A stretch of DNA of 64,000 nt from Gammaproteobacteria bacterium (GTDB lineage: Bacteria; Pseudomonadota; Gammaproteobacteria; JAKEHO01): the NCBI GenBank assembly GCA_027296625.1, contig JAPUIX010000153.1, forward strand, positions 8,034 through 72,033. Reading direction: 5' to 3'. Each line of letters begins with the position of its first letter. Position 1 is the first letter of the stretch. The notes beneath the pieces are model-generated. The model had not been told where the DNA came from, did no database searches, and worked only from the letters and a program-made list of their open reading frames with translations. This document shows positions 1 to 10,775 of this stretch, one piece after another. Position numbers and translations under genes: made by a program.

Positions 1-82
1 ATACAGGGGCAGCCTGCCGCAGTTACAACGTGTTGATGGCAGAGGGGCGCAGGGTGGCCGCCGCCCTACTGATGATAATCGA

Positions 83-1114
83 CTAGTCTTCCGTAAATAA
101 GGCATCGACTGAGAATCCTTCCCGCTCTAGTATCTGTCGAAGCCGCTTGATTGCCTCAAGCTGTATCTGACGAACTCGCTCCCGAGTCACACCAAGTTCA
201 TTACCAATCTGTTCGAGCGTGGCAACTTCCTGCCCATATAAACCAAACCGGCGCTCTACCACGGCGCGCTGCTTCTCGCTCAATTGGGACAACCAAATGT
301 CGATATGGCGTTGAACATCGCTATTCTGCAACAAGAGTGACGGATCAAGATTATGTTCATCGGGAATAGTATCAAGCAACGATTTCTCGGAATCGTGGCC
401 AGATGGAACATCGACGGACGCTACCCGTTCATTAAGCCCCAGCATGCGCTTCACCTCATCTAGCGGTCTATCCAGCATTTGCGCAACGTCCTCCGGGCTT
501 GGCTCACGGTCAAGCGTCTGAGCAAGCTTGCGAGCGGCGCGGAGATAGATATTGATTTCCTTGACGACATGGATCGGCAAACGCACGGTGCGTGTCTGGT
601 TCATAAGCGCACGTTCAATTGTCTGGCGTATCCACCAAGTTGCATATGTAGAGAAACGGAAGCCCCGTTCTGGATCGAATTTTTCGACGGCCCGCATTAG
701 CCCAAGATTACCTTCCTCTATCAGATCCAAAAGGGCAAGCCCCCGATTCATGTAACGCCTTGCAATCTTCACCACTAAGCGAAGATTGCTCTCAATCATG
801 CGCTTGCGTGCTTCCTCGTCACCCCGTAGGGCACGTCGCGCAAAATGTACTTCTTCCTCCGCTGTCAGCAGCGGCGAGAAACCGATTTCGCTAAGGTACA
901 AGCGGGTGGCATCTAGATCGCCTTGGGGGATCTCTCCAGGCTGAAAACCCTTTTTTTTTGCACTCGATTCCTTCTCATCGCTCGGCTGATCATCAACTTC
1001 GTCATCTTCTGCCCCGTCAATTTCTTCCACCAATTTCTCATCTGCGACCTCATCCAAAGGCAACACGTCATTAACGGGGGCTTCACCCTGTCGTCTGTCT
1101 CGCGGATTTGCCAT
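83..1114 (-). CDS. rpoS: RNA polymerase sigma factor RpoS (sigma-38)
   Basis: 343 aa with sigma-70 family regions 2-4 ([11 protein letters not shown], helix-turn-helix at C-terminus) and an acidic N-terminus. Lies immediately downstream of nlpD in the conserved surE-pcm-nlpD-rpoS order. Confidence 0.9.
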   Translation of the reverse strand: MANPRDRRQGEAPVNDVLPLDEVADEKLVEEIDGAEDDEVDDQPSDEKESSAKKKGFQPGEIPQGDLDATRLYLSEIGFSPLLTAEEEVHFARRALRGDEEARKRMIESNLRLVVKIARRYMNRGLALLDLIEEGNLGLMRAVEKFDPERGFRFSTYATWWIRQTIERALMNQTRTVRLPIHVVKEINIYLRAARKLAQTLDREPSPEDVAQMLDRPLDEVKRMLGLNERVASVDVPSGHDSEKSLLDTIPDEHNLDPSLLLQNSDVQRHIDIWLSQLSEKQRAVVERRFGLYGQEVATLEQIGNELGVTRERVRQIQLEAIKRLRQILEREGFSVDALFTED

Positions 1115-1128
1115 GAGATTACTCTGAC

Positions 1129-1968
1129 CTAGAGTTGGCGTTTTGGAAGATATCTGAGTGGGTCAACAGGCTTCCCATTTTGCCTAATCTCAAAATGCAA
1201 CATGGCTTGCCCGTTGGTGCCCCTACCCATACTTGCAATGTGCTGCCCGGTCCTTACTCTGTCCCCTTCTTTGACCAACACTTTGCTGTTGTGCGCGTAG
1301 GCGCTGAGATATGTTTCGCTGTGTTTGATGATAATAAGCTTTCCATAGCCAATAAGTCCACCACCACTGTAGACAACTTGCCCCGGGGCCGCTGCAGATA
1401 TCGCCTCTCCAAAGCGCCCGGTAATATCAAGACCTCGTTCTGCAAACAGAGAATTTGATTTGAAAAGCGAACCTTTGGCGGGCCATTGCCAGCTAATCGT
1501 TCCCCACTGAGTTTTTTTCTTGGCCTTTGAAGTCGACGCTTTGGGTTTGACCGGTGAATGTGTCCGTGCTGGCTTCGGGTGTATAGTGGTTTTTTTTGCT
1601 GCAGCGTGTTGGCGAGTCGTGTTGATCTTAGGCGGAGTCAGGCGCACAACTTGTCCCGGGTGGATTACGTACGGTTTGTATATACGATTCCAACGAGCCA
1701 CATCACGGTAGTCCTGTCCGTATCGCCAAGCAATCGAATACAGTGTTTCCCCTGCTGCCACAACATGATAGCCTGCTCGTGCTCCCCCGGTGTCAGGCGA
1801 TACACTTTTGGTTGGCGGCGCTGGAGGCGATTTCGATACCGCCACAGGCGCTTCGGGTTCGTTAGTCGCAATGGGCACATGGCCGGTACTCATGCAGGCA
1901 CTCAATCCCACCGTGAGGATAAAACACAAACCGAAATAATTTCCCTTGCTTGATGTTCGTACCCGCAT
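1129..1968 (-). CDS. nlpD: lipoprotein NlpD (LysM plus M23 peptidase domains)
   Basis: N-terminal lipoprotein signal (LTVGLSAC). LysM motif ([12 protein letters not shown]). C-terminal M23/LytM-like domain. Position between pcm and rpoS. Confidence 0.85.
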   Translation of the reverse strand: MRVRTSSKGNYFGLCFILTVGLSACMSTGHVPIATNEPEAPVAVSKSPPAPPTKSVSPDTGGARAGYHVVAAGETLYSIAWRYGQDYRDVARWNRIYKPYVIHPGQVVRLTPPKINTTRQHAAAKKTTIHPKPARTHSPVKPKASTSKAKKKTQWGTISWQWPAKGSLFKSNSLFAERGLDITGRFGEAISAAAPGQVVYSGGGLIGYGKLIIIKHSETYLSAYAHNSKVLVKEGDRVRTGQHIASMGRGTNGQAMLHFEIRQNGKPVDPLRYLPKRQL

Positions 1969-1974
1969 GCTATT

Positions 1975-2637
1975 TCATCCGACCCCTTCTAACATCGGGA
2001 CGAAGCTAACCCAATCCAACCGCTCCTCATGAAACCCCTCTTCCGTTCTCGAGATCAGAAACAACTCCTGTTCGCCTGGTAACCCAACAGGAATAACCAA
2101 GCGCCCACTGGGCCCAAGTTGATCCAAGAGTACCTCTGGGACACCGAGCGGTGCTGCGGTGACGACGATTCCATCATAGGGCGCATACTCGGGCCAGCCC
2201 TGGTTGCCATCACTATGATCGATTCGAATATTGCGAAACTTAAGCATTCTGGCTTTCTCACGCGCCTTGCGCGCCAGCGCCTCGATACGCTCCACGCTGT
2301 AGACCTTGCCTACCAATCGGGCTAAGACTACTGCTTGATAACCACAACCAGTACCAATCTCCAATACCTTCTCCATCGCACCACCATCGAGCAGTGCTTC
2401 CGTCATACGCGCAACAATGTACGGTTGAGAGATGGTCTGCCCGTGACCTATGGGCAAGGCATTATTCTCGTAGGCACGGCTCGCCAAAGCCTCATCGACG
2501 AAGATGTGTCGGGGTATGTCGCGTATAGCCTCCAAGACCTCAGCAGACTGAATACCCATTTCGCGAAGACACCGTATCAGCCGATCACGGGATCGCTGCG
2601 ATGTCATGCCGATGCCACGATAGTCAGCGCTCATCAA
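1975..2637 (-). CDS. pcm: protein-L-isoaspartate O-methyltransferase
   Basis: 220 aa with PIMT hallmarks ([18 protein letters not shown]-binding [16 protein letters not shown]). Sits between surE and nlpD. Confidence 0.9.
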   Translation of the reverse strand: MMSADYRGIGMTSQRSRDRLIRCLREMGIQSAEVLEAIRDIPRHIFVDEALASRAYENNALPIGHGQTISQPYIVARMTEALLDGGAMEKVLEIGTGCGYQAVVLARLVGKVYSVERIEALARKAREKARMLKFRNIRIDHSDGNQGWPEYAPYDGIVVTAAPLGVPEVLLDQLGPSGRLVIPVGLPGEQELFLISRTEEGFHEERLDWVSFVPMLEGVG

Positions 2638-3385
2638 TCGGCATGTCCTTTAACCACTCGGCAACCGCGTCGAGCACGCCGTGACGAGTAAGATCAGCTT
2701 GCAAAGGTGTAATGGAAACGTAGTTATTTTGTACGGCAAAGAAATCGGTACCAGATCCCGCGTCTTGCTGGGCTCCTGGAGGGCCAACCCAATAGATCGG
2801 CCGCCCGCGCGGATCCTTCGCTTTGATCACTGGCTCGGATTTATGCCGGTGCCCAAGTCGTGTCACTTGAAATCCAGCGAGTTGGTTCCATGGGAGATCA
2901 GGCACATTGACATTAAGGATGGTATCAGGTGGCAAGGGGCGGGAACACATACCGTTGATCAGAAACTTCACGACGTCGACCGCAGTTTCGAAATGCGTCG
3001 CTTGATCATGCGCTAAAGAGACCGCCATCGCAGGATAGCCGAGAAAGCGCCCCTCCATGGCCACCGCAACGGTACCTGAATACAAAACATCATCCCCGAG
3101 ATTAGCACCTGCATTGATTCCGCCGATTACCATGTCGGGCTCTTTATCGAGCAGTCCGGTGATGGCTAAATGAACGCAGTCCGTCGGTGTGCCGTTTACG
3201 TAGATGACGCCATCATCCGCATATTGCGCGCGGATGGGCACATCGAGTGTCAGGGAATTGCTGGCACCGCTGCGATCCCGATCGGGCGCAACGACTGAAA
3301 CCTCACCTATTGCTGAAAGGGCCTCCGCCAGGCATTGGATCCCCGGCGCCTGATAGCCATCATCATTACTCAGCAAAAAATGCAT
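2624..3385 (-). CDS. surE: 5'/3'-nucleotidase SurE
   Basis: 253 aa. N-terminal [16 protein letters not shown] is the SurE signature. Overlaps the pcm start as in the canonical operon. Confidence 0.9.
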   Translation of the reverse strand: MHFLLSNDDGYQAPGIQCLAEALSAIGEVSVVAPDRDRSGASNSLTLDVPIRAQYADDGVIYVNGTPTDCVHLAITGLLDKEPDMVIGGINAGANLGDDVLYSGTVAVAMEGRFLGYPAMAVSLAHDQATHFETAVDVVKFLINGMCSRPLPPDTILNVNVPDLPWNQLAGFQVTRLGHRHKSEPVIKAKDPRGRPIYWVGPPGAQQDAGSGTDFFAVQNNYVSITPLQADLTRHGVLDAVAEWLKDMPIDER

Positions 3386-3496
3386 AGCACCCTAGTTAAT
3401 TCGACACATCCCATTGTAGCCAAAACGCTCTCACGCAACCTATCGCCAGCCATGCGCCCGTAAACGCCTGCTTCTCATTTCGAAATACATGAAGGA

Positions 3497-4402
3497 TCAG
3501 CTTGCGATCAGGAACTCCAAAAGTGCCTTCTGTGAATGAAGGCGATTCTCACACTCATCCCACACGACACTATGCGGTCCATCTATGATCTCAGCCGTCA
3601 CTTCTTTACCCCGATGCGCAGGCAAGCAATGCATGAACAACGCGTCCGGTTTCGCCAGGGACATCAGCGCGGCGTTTACCTGATACGGGCCAAAGACACG
3701 TGAACGCTCTTCGGTCTCCTGTTCCTGGCCCATGCTTACCCAGACATCAGTCGCCACGAGATCGGCACCCCGAACCGCCGCATTAGCATCATCAAGAAGT
3801 TGAACATGACCCGATGCCTTGGCCACGATGTCAGCAGTAGGCTCATAACCTGTCGGACAAGCTATGTTCAGTGCAAAATCAAACTGTAATGCGGCGTTAA
3901 TATAGGAATGGCACATATTGTTACCATCACCTACCCATGCCACCTGCTTCCCTCGTATGGGTCCGCGGTGCTCATAATACGTCTGCATGTCAGCCAGCAG
4001 TTGGCAAGGATGAAACGTATCCGATAACCCATTAACGACCGGGACCTGAGCATGCGCCGCGAATCGTTCGAGCTTTTCGTGCTCAAAGGTCCTCACCACA
4101 ATGCAATCGACCATGCGTGAAAGCACACGAGCAGTGTCTTCAAGCAACTCGCCGCGTCCGAGTTGGGTGTCGTCGGGTGACAGGAAAATGGCATCACCAC
4201 CAAATTGAATCATTGCTGTCTCAAACGACACGCGGGTACGCGTCGACGACTTCTCGAACAACATCGCGAGCACTCGGTCTTCGAGCGGGCGATAGCGCCT
4301 GCCTTTACGCTGCATAGATTTGAGCTCGATTGCGCGCTGAACAAGCTGCTCCAGGTCCGATGATGCGATGTCCGTCAAACGAAGGAAATGACGCGCTTTC
4401 AT
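3497..4402 (-). CDS. argF: ornithine carbamoyltransferase
   Basis: 301 aa. Carbamoyl-phosphate binding STRTRVSFE and ornithine-binding [11 protein letters not shown] motifs; HCLP indicates ornithine rather than aspartate transcarbamoylase. Confidence 0.85.
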   Translation of the reverse strand: MKARHFLRLTDIASSDLEQLVQRAIELKSMQRKGRRYRPLEDRVLAMLFEKSSTRTRVSFETAMIQFGGDAIFLSPDDTQLGRGELLEDTARVLSRMVDCIVVRTFEHEKLERFAAHAQVPVVNGLSDTFHPCQLLADMQTYYEHRGPIRGKQVAWVGDGNNMCHSYINAALQFDFALNIACPTGYEPTADIVAKASGHVQLLDDANAAVRGADLVATDVWVSMGQEQETEERSRVFGPYQVNAALMSLAKPDALFMHCLPAHRGKEVTAEIIDGPHSVVWDECENRLHSQKALLEFLIAS

Positions 4403-5592
4403 TGGACGCCCCTGTGCGCACCCTGCAGATAGATGGAAATGACCTCAGAGACGACATCAACGATCTGGTCAGCTTCAGTATCACTGATTATCAATGGAGG
4501 CAACAAGCGCACAACGTTTCCCTCAGTGACGTTGATGAGCAGTTTGCGCTCAAGTGCCATACTCACCAAGTTTGTACAGGGCCGGTCCAATTCGATGCCA
4601 ATCATAAGACCTTGACCGCGTATTTCCTTCACCCCCTTGACGTTTCTCAACACGTGCCTAAACCGCGACAGCATCCGCTCACCGAGTTCCGCCGCCCGCA
4701 TTGCCAGTTCATCGCGTTCCATCGTTTCGATAACCGCCAATGCAGCCCGGCATGCTAAGGGGTTACCCCCGAAGGTCGAACCGTGCGTACCGGGTTGCAG
4801 CATCTCGGCGCCTTTTCCGCGCGCAAGGCAGGCGCCGATGGGGACGCCATTACCAAGCGCCTTCGCCAGCGTCATCACGTCCGGGAGGATGCCCGCGTGC
4901 TGGCACGCAAACCATCGGCCGGTTCGACACATCCCGGTCTGCACTTCATCCAGCATCATCAACCAGCCCCGATCGTCACACAGTCCCCTGACACCGCGGA
5001 GATACCCCTCACTCGGCACGACGATCCCGCCCTCCCCTTGAATGGGTTCTAGCAACACGGCGACCACATCGGCACACTGGTTGCCCAGCTCGTGCAGCGC
5101 CTCAAGGTCACTGTAGGGCACCGGCAGGAATCCCGCTACCAGCGGTTCGAATCCTGCCTGGAACTTTCGATTCCCTGTGGCACTTAAGGTGGCAAGTGTT
5201 CGTCCGTGGAAACCCCCTTCCATCACGACCACGACCGGGCGACTGATGTTCTTCTGATGCCCATAGACGCGTGCGATTTTAATCGCCGCCTCGTTCGCTT
5301 CCGCCCCAGAATTACAGAAAAAGGCGTTCTGCATGCCTGAAAGCACCGTCAAGCGCGATGCAAGCCTTTCCTGGAGTGGAATTCCGTAAAGGTTAGACGT
5401 ATGGGTGAGCTGGCTAGCCTGCTTACACAACGCCTCGCTAACTGCCGGATGCGCATGCCCCAGGGCACAGACCGCGATCCCACTCAGGGCATCGAGATAT
5501 GGGTTGCCCTGCTCATCCCACAGCCAGGCACCGGCACCGCGTTCGAAGGCTACGGGTAATCGCCTGTAGTTTGCCATTAAGACGTCACTCAT
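4399..5592 (-). CDS. argD: acetylornithine (or succinylornithine) aminotransferase, class III PLP
   Basis: 397 aa class-III aminotransferase. Overlaps argF by 4 bp, so likely an operon. The argD versus astC distinction cannot be made from sequence alone. Confidence 0.8.
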   Translation of the reverse strand: MSDVLMANYRRLPVAFERGAGAWLWDEQGNPYLDALSGIAVCALGHAHPAVSEALCKQASQLTHTSNLYGIPLQERLASRLTVLSGMQNAFFCNSGAEANEAAIKIARVYGHQKNISRPVVVVMEGGFHGRTLATLSATGNRKFQAGFEPLVAGFLPVPYSDLEALHELGNQCADVVAVLLEPIQGEGGIVVPSEGYLRGVRGLCDDRGWLMMLDEVQTGMCRTGRWFACQHAGILPDVMTLAKALGNGVPIGACLARGKGAEMLQPGTHGSTFGGNPLACRAALAVIETMERDELAMRAAELGERMLSRFRHVLRNVKGVKEIRGQGLMIGIELDRPCTNLVSMALERKLLINVTEGNVVRLLPPLIISDTEADQIVDVVSEVISIYLQGAHRGVQ

Positions 5593-5650
5593 TGAATTAT
5601 GTTGTAACTCGTTAGGTCAAAATCACTCGTCAATCTATAAAATGCCTTTC

Positions 5651-5684
5651 CTAAAAATGAGAAGCCCGGCCTGATGCCGGGCTA
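5651..5684 (-). terminator. rho-independent terminator downstream of the 5711-6211 gene
   Basis: Minus-strand reading GCCCGGC-ATCAG-GCCGGGC stem-loop followed by a T-rich tail (TTCTCATTTTT). Confidence 0.5.
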
Positions 5685-5710
5685 AACGAACCACTGGATC
5701 AGAAAGGTAT

Positions 5711-6211
5711 TTAGAAAGGCAGCCCGTGAGCCCCCGCGACCATAAAAAGCAGCATAGGAATCGACAGCAGTACATTGGTACGGGATGCTAGGAACGCTGT
5801 CCGCTTGGCTCGAGCCTTTTCCTCATCACTTGCTTCCACCATGCCAAGCACTTTCTTCTGATTGGGCCATATAAGCACCCACACATTGAATAACATGATG
5901 GTGCCAAGCCAGGCGCCCATCCCGATTGTTGCGTTATACCCTGAAAGCAAAAATGCATCTACAGAGCTGTACTGCGGAGCCATCTCAAGGTAGGCCACGC
6001 CAGCAAGCCATGTCACCAGGGCTGTCCAGCGGAACCACAAAAGTGCCAATGGCGCTACGTACTTGCCGATGGCGGCAGGACCCGGACCATCCTTGTCCGC
6101 AGCAGCCGTATTCAGTGCGGGCGCCTGCACAAAGTTGAAATAGTACAAAAGCCCAATCCAGGTAATACCTGCGATAATGTGCAACCAGCGATCTAGTACT
6201 AGCCAGTCCAT
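5711..6211 (-). CDS. inner membrane protein (possibly PuuD/DUF989-like membrane domain)
   Basis: 166 aa with about 4 predicted TM helices. The motif HIIAGITWIGLLYYFNF recalls the N-terminal membrane domain of urate hydroxylase PuuD; family assignment is tentative. Confidence 0.45.
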   Translation of the reverse strand: MDWLVLDRWLHIIAGITWIGLLYYFNFVQAPALNTAAADKDGPGPAAIGKYVAPLALLWFRWTALVTWLAGVAYLEMAPQYSSVDAFLLSGYNATIGMGAWLGTIMLFNVWVLIWPNQKKVLGMVEASDEEKARAKRTAFLASRTNVLLSIPMLLFMVAGAHGLPF

Positions 6212-6252
6212 AATTCAGCCCCCCGAAGCATCTAGCGTCCGCATGTTATGAT

Positions 6253-6348
6253 TTAGACGCCTGCAATCGCCTTGACGATAAAGACAAGAATGATCGCCAA
6301 CACAATTCCGGAAATGATGGTGCCTGTGATGGAGTTAAGTGGGTTCAT
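6253..6348 (-). CDS. small hydrophobic membrane peptide (31 aa)
   Basis: Internal ATG of the 63-aa ORF is preceded by a strong SD (GGGGGGAATGCA-ATG). Product MNPLNSITGTIISGIVLAIILVFIVKAIAGV is a single TM helix. Confidence 0.3.
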   Translation of the reverse strand: MNPLNSITGTIISGIVLAIILVFIVKAIAGV

Positions 6349-6518
6349 TGCATTCCCCCCGGTGGATATTAACCCATTTTCGATTGTTCGCGATACAGGT
6401 CGCCCACGGCCACGATGGATTAAATAGTTATCAAGTTTGCTCATTCAATGCAAGTGATTTCACCGCCAACTCATTGGCGGCAAGCGGGACCGCGATATTG
6501 CCCGCCACGGGCTAAGCC

Positions 6519-8066
6519 TTGAGCCCAAAGCCTATGGATCCGGTCGAACTTAGCCTTTTCTCCAGCCGCATACAATTCGTTTGCGAAGAGATGGGGGCTG
6601 TCCTCAGACGGACCGCCTTCTCACCGAACATTAAAGATCGCTTGGATTTCTCGTGTGCGGTCTTCGATGCGGCCGGCCAACTCTGTGCCCAAGCTGCCCA
6701 TATCCCCGTACACCTCGGGAGCATGGCCTACGCCATGGCTGACATTATCGGGCGCCTTGACTGGCAGGAAGGCACTATGGTCATTCTTAACGATCCCTAT
6801 CTCGGGGGCACCCATCTCCCCGATGTCACCCTCATCGCACCGTTGTTCGGCCAGCGCCGTCACCTGGGATTTGTTGCTAACCGTGCCCATCATGCTGATA
6901 TTGGCGGCCGCACTCCGGGCTCCATGCCGCTCGCTGACACCTTAGAAGACGAAGGGTTGATCATTCCGCCTAGCTACCTTATGCGAGATGGCGAGATTTC
7001 GGAGGAATTGCTCACACACATCCTCAGCACAACACGCAATCCATCCATCGGGCGCGGGGATCTGGCCGCCCAGATTAGCGCGAATCTCGTCGGCCTAAAA
7101 AGGCTCAATCACTTAGTTAACCGCATGGGTCAAGGCCCATACGGCGACGCATTGGGTGCCCTCAACGACTACGCCGAATCACTTGCCATCGCCGGTCTCA
7201 GCAATATCCCGAGCGGCACCTATCGGTTCCAGGACGTGATGGATGACGACGGGTACGGGCGCGGCGATATCCCAATCAAGATCGCTATAACAGTGTCGCC
7301 TAGGCGCATTCATGTGGACTTTAGCGGCACAGCAAAACAGGTGAGAGGCAATATTAACTGCCCGCTGTCGGTGGCCGCCGCCGCCGTCTACTACACATTT
7401 CACTGTCTTATGCCTCCCCACACCCCGGCCTGCACCGGCAGTTTTCGCCCCATTACCCTGAACGCCCCTAAGGGCTGCCTCCTGAATGCCCGGCGGCCGG
7501 CAGCGGTGGCAGCTGGTAATGTAGAGACCAGCACACGCGTGGTCGATGTCGTTCTGGGAGCGCTGGCCAAGGCAGTGCCCGAGCGCATCCCTGCCGCGAG
7601 CCACGGGAGTATGAACAATGTCGCCATGGGTTCCGACAACTGGGATTACTACGAGACGCTGGGCGGTGGGATGGGCGCTGGCCGCCACGGTGGCGGCTTA
7701 AGTGGCGTGCAGACCCATATGACAAACACCCTCAATACGCCCGTTGAAGTAGTCGAGATGTACTATCCATTGCGTATCAGGCGGTACACACTGCGGGATA
7801 ATTCAGGTGGTTTAGGGTTACGCGCCGGCGGCGATGGGCTGGAACGCGAATATGAGTTCCTTGCCAACACCACAGTGACGCTCTTGACCGAACGCAGGTT
7901 CCATGCGCCATGGGGACTTAACGGGGGTAGCGATGGACAGTGCGGAGTGAACCTATTGAACGACCATCCCTTACCGGCCAAGGTGAGTTTTATTGCCGGG
8001 CGCGGCGATCGCCTGACTATCAAGACAGCGGGCGGCGGCGGCTGGGGTCTTTCAAACAGGGAATAG
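6519..8066 (+). CDS. hydantoinase B / 5-oxoprolinase family protein (HyuB-like)
   Basis: 515 aa. N-terminus (SRIQFVCEEMGAVLRRTAFSPNIKDRLDFSCAVFD) matches the hydantoinase B/oxoprolinase family. No partner HyuA-like gene is present in the window. Confidence 0.8.
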   Translation: MSPKPMDPVELSLFSSRIQFVCEEMGAVLRRTAFSPNIKDRLDFSCAVFDAAGQLCAQAAHIPVHLGSMAYAMADIIGRLDWQEGTMVILNDPYLGGTHLPDVTLIAPLFGQRRHLGFVANRAHHADIGGRTPGSMPLADTLEDEGLIIPPSYLMRDGEISEELLTHILSTTRNPSIGRGDLAAQISANLVGLKRLNHLVNRMGQGPYGDALGALNDYAESLAIAGLSNIPSGTYRFQDVMDDDGYGRGDIPIKIAITVSPRRIHVDFSGTAKQVRGNINCPLSVAAAAVYYTFHCLMPPHTPACTGSFRPITLNAPKGCLLNARRPAAVAAGNVETSTRVVDVVLGALAKAVPERIPAASHGSMNNVAMGSDNWDYYETLGGGMGAGRHGGGLSGVQTHMTNTLNTPVEVVEMYYPLRIRRYTLRDNSGGLGLRAGGDGLEREYEFLANTTVTLLTERRFHAPWGLNGGSDGQCGVNLLNDHPLPAKVSFIAGRGDRLTIKTAGGGGWGLSNRE

Positions 8067-8231
8067 ATGATCGCATTGCCCCACTCAAACGCCTCTCATC
8101 TGCTTTAGCATCATCAGGTCCCAACCCACTAGGTCTTCCTTTCTGAAACCGAAACGCCTAGACTAATTTTAAATTTCGGGTCGCAATGCGCATACAAATC
8201 GCTATAGCCCGTGACCACATGAGGTAGAACG

Positions 8232-8558
8232 ATGGACGTCATACAACGAATCAAAGATCAGATCGAAGGTAATCCCATTGTCCTTTTCATGAAGGGGACG
8301 CCCGATGCGCCACAGTGTGGCTTCTCAATGCAAACCGCTCAGGCGCTCAAGGCATGTAACGTTGAGTTTGCCTACGTCGATATACTTGCAGAACCAGAGA
8401 TCCGTGCGAACCTACCGCACTATTCAAATTGGCCAACCTTTCCTCAAGTGTTCATCAACGGCGAGTTAATTGGCGGTTGTGATATTACGCTCGACCTATT
8501 TAAAAAGGGCGAGTTGCAGAGGATGGCCCAAGAGGTCGCCGCCCAGTCAACTAATTAA
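8232..8558 (+). CDS. grxD: monothiol glutaredoxin Grx4
   Basis: 108 aa with CGFS active-site motif (PQCGFS) and conserved WPTFPQVFINGELIGGCDI. Confidence 0.9.
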   Translation: MDVIQRIKDQIEGNPIVLFMKGTPDAPQCGFSMQTAQALKACNVEFAYVDILAEPEIRANLPHYSNWPTFPQVFINGELIGGCDITLDLFKKGELQRMAQEVAAQSTN

Positions 8559-8630
8559 TGCCCGTAACCGGAATATGTGACGAGGCAACCGGGGCGCCAT
8601 ATCTCGCACTGACATCGAGTGGCTGCGACG

Positions 8631-9383
8631 TTACTCTGAAGGATCACGCCTTGCATGAGTCACACCCTCGTCTGCTTCATACCTGTTCCAGAGACATTTC
8701 CCACCGCTCGCCTGTTCAATGGCTGCCAGGCACCTTTGATGAGCCTTAACTTCCGAGTCTGTCGGCGCGATCACACGCAATTGTGGACGCTCGCCATCAA
8801 AGCGTCGGGGGCTCTCTTTACTCCCGATGACACCCACGTTTCCACGGTCTAACGATAACTTGGCCTGGCCCCCTGTCATCGCCAGGTAAACATCCGTCAG
8901 AATCTCTGCATCCAGCAGCGCACCGTGCTGTTCGCGCTGGGAGTTGTCGACACCATACCTTTTGCACAGCGCATCAAGACTGTTCTTCTGACCCGGATGC
9001 AGTTCACGTGCGAGTGCCAGAGTGTCCAGTATGGTGCAATAGTCTTCAATCTGGCCCCACTCCGGCCCTAACTGGCTCAATTCGTAGTTGATAAAGGCAA
9101 CATCAAACGGCGCGTTATGAATGATTAGCTCCGCGCCTTTCACAAAGTCAATGAAATCACCCGCTATTTCGGGGAAGCGCGGTTTGTCTGCCAGCGACGC
9201 AATACTGATCCCATGCACTTCAAACGCTCCGTCATCAATCTCCCGCTCGGGATTAAGATATTGCTGGTAGCGCCGCTCAGTGATTCGGCGATTGATGGTT
9301 TCAACACATCCGATCTCAATGATGCGGTGACCCTGAGACGGCTCAAGACCCGTCGTTTCAGTATCAAGCACAATCTGTCTCAT
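8631..9383 (-). CDS. dnaQ: DNA polymerase III subunit epsilon (3'-5' exonuclease)
   Basis: 250 aa. Exo I motif at the N-terminus (IVLDTETTGL), DEDDh exonuclease family. Adjacent to rnhA. Confidence 0.85.
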   Translation of the reverse strand: MRQIVLDTETTGLEPSQGHRIIEIGCVETINRRITERRYQQYLNPEREIDDGAFEVHGISIASLADKPRFPEIAGDFIDFVKGAELIIHNAPFDVAFINYELSQLGPEWGQIEDYCTILDTLALARELHPGQKNSLDALCKRYGVDNSQREQHGALLDAEILTDVYLAMTGGQAKLSLDRGNVGVIGSKESPRRFDGERPQLRVIAPTDSEVKAHQRCLAAIEQASGGKCLWNRYEADEGVTHARRDPSE

Positions 9384-9415
9384 CCTGTCCCTCTACTGTT
9401 AAGTACATAGATGAC

Positions 9416-9862
9416 TCAACGCTCATACAGCAACTCATCGATGCCCTGATTGGCAAGCTGATCGACAATCTCATTTTCGGCGTGTCCACTGTGGCCCCTC
9501 ACCCATCGCCATTCAACGTCATGACGGTCTACCGCCGCCTCCAAACGCTGCCAAAGGTCAGCATTCTTGACCGGTTTTTTAGCTGCTGTCTTCCATCCCC
9601 GCTGTTTCCAGTTTGGCAACCATTCAGTAAGCCCGTTTTTAACATATTGCGAATCGGTAGTAAGTCGAACCGCACATGGCCGCTTCAATGCTTCAAGGCC
9701 CTTTATCGCAGCCAGCAATTCCATGCGATTATTGGTGGTATCAGGTTCGCCACCGTAGAGCTTCTTCTCTTTTCGGTTATATCGTAATAGCACTCCCCAA
9801 CCGCCCGGCCCCGGATTTCCGCGACAAGCACCGTCAGTGAAGATCTCCACCACAGCGCCCAC
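9416..9862 (-). CDS. rnhA: ribonuclease HI
   Basis: 148 aa. Motifs [15 protein letters not shown] and GHSGHAENE are typical of RNase HI. Confidence 0.9.
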   Translation of the reverse strand: MGAVVEIFTDGACRGNPGPGGWGVLLRYNRKEKKLYGGEPDTTNNRMELLAAIKGLEALKRPCAVRLTTDSQYVKNGLTEWLPNWKQRGWKTAAKKPVKNADLWQRLEAAVDRHDVEWRWVRGHSGHAENEIVDQLANQGIDELLYER

Positions 9863-9896
9863 TCACTCCGCCACCGCTGGGGACATTGTATCATCC

Positions 9897-10769
9897 TCAA
9901 ACATTGTTAATTCCCCTCGTACTCGGCTCAGCAATCCCGGATGAAATGATCTGGCGGTGAGCGCGCCATGATGTCTTGACAGGCGTCACCGTCGCAACGC
10001 GCTTCTTCGCAACGACGATATACGCGCCTCCCAGATATGGCCAACACGTCCGTCCTATGCGCTCAAGCAATTCAAGCTTACTCATGACCCTTTCACTAGG
10101 CAACGGTGGGCGGAAATAGAATCGACGAGCTTTGATAATGTCAAAACCCAAAAGTGCCAGCCAGTCCTTTATGCGGGCAATCCCGAAAAAGCGGCCACAC
10201 CAAGGCGGCTCGCCTCGCCAAGCAAGCACCGTGCGCCAGAGGCCCCACAAGCTCCATGGATTAAAGCCAAGGATGACGAGATGGCCTTCTCCGATGAGGA
10301 TGCGTTCGGTCTCACGCAAAACTTGGTGAGGATCGGGTTCAAATTCAAGTAAATGTGGCAAGACGACCACATCGACGCTTTCGGATACGAGCGGCAATGC
10401 TCCACTTAAACAGATGGGCCCAGAGCAGTCTCTTGTGGCCTCTCCTGGATGGGTATTGATAACGGTCCGATGGGAGACACGGCTGGAGGCAAGTAGGTCC
10501 ACCGTGCCAAGCCAACCAATTTGTATAATGTGGTAGCCGAACAGATCGGGCAGAACCTCACTAACCTGTTGAGATTCCCCCTCCACCAGACTGAGACCGG
10601 GATAATCAGAAAGCCACTGGTTCAGCCGCGTCCGAACGCTCGAACCGGGGCGATCATTAAGCAAAGAACTCATCGTAGTGCATTTCACCCATTGGCGGAC
10701 AACAGAATAACCCTTCAGAGGCCATGGCGACCAGCCATCGTTGACCCAACGCTCATTCCCTGCGAGCAT
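9897..10769 (-). CDS. class I SAM-dependent methyltransferase (YafS-like)
   Basis: 290 aa. Methyltransferase fold. Sits between rnhA and gloB exactly as yafS does in enterobacteria and its counterpart does in pseudomonads. Confidence 0.7.
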   Translation of the reverse strand: MLAGNERWVNDGWSPWPLKGYSVVRQWVKCTTMSSLLNDRPGSSVRTRLNQWLSDYPGLSLVEGESQQVSEVLPDLFGYHIIQIGWLGTVDLLASSRVSHRTVINTHPGEATRDCSGPICLSGALPLVSESVDVVVLPHLLEFEPDPHQVLRETERILIGEGHLVILGFNPWSLWGLWRTVLAWRGEPPWCGRFFGIARIKDWLALLGFDIIKARRFYFRPPLPSERVMSKLELLERIGRTCWPYLGGAYIVVAKKRVATVTPVKTSWRAHRQIISSGIAEPSTRGINNV

Positions 10770-10775
10770 GATCTC

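Noticed and set aside
1-82. Possible terminator downstream of rpoS
   Set aside because: Only an imperfect GC-rich inverted repeat (CAGGGTGGC/GCCGCCCTG with a mismatch and no loop) and no T-tract on the relevant strand.
7179-7725. Minus-strand ORFs (169, 85, 79 aa) inside the HyuB gene, and similar antisense ORFs inside argD (4637-5052), the RND pump (60748-61380) and the spermidine-synthase-like gene
   Set aside because: They are fully embedded antisense to well-supported long genes, Arg/Pro/Gly-rich as expected from GC-skewed antisense frames. No independent support.
10521-10775. N-terminal 85-codon extension of the gloB ORF overlapping the convergent methyltransferase gene
   Set aside because: The extension has no homology to glyoxalase II N-termini, which begin at the MFKITPV-like segment. 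Using the ATG at 10776 removes the implausible long overlap.
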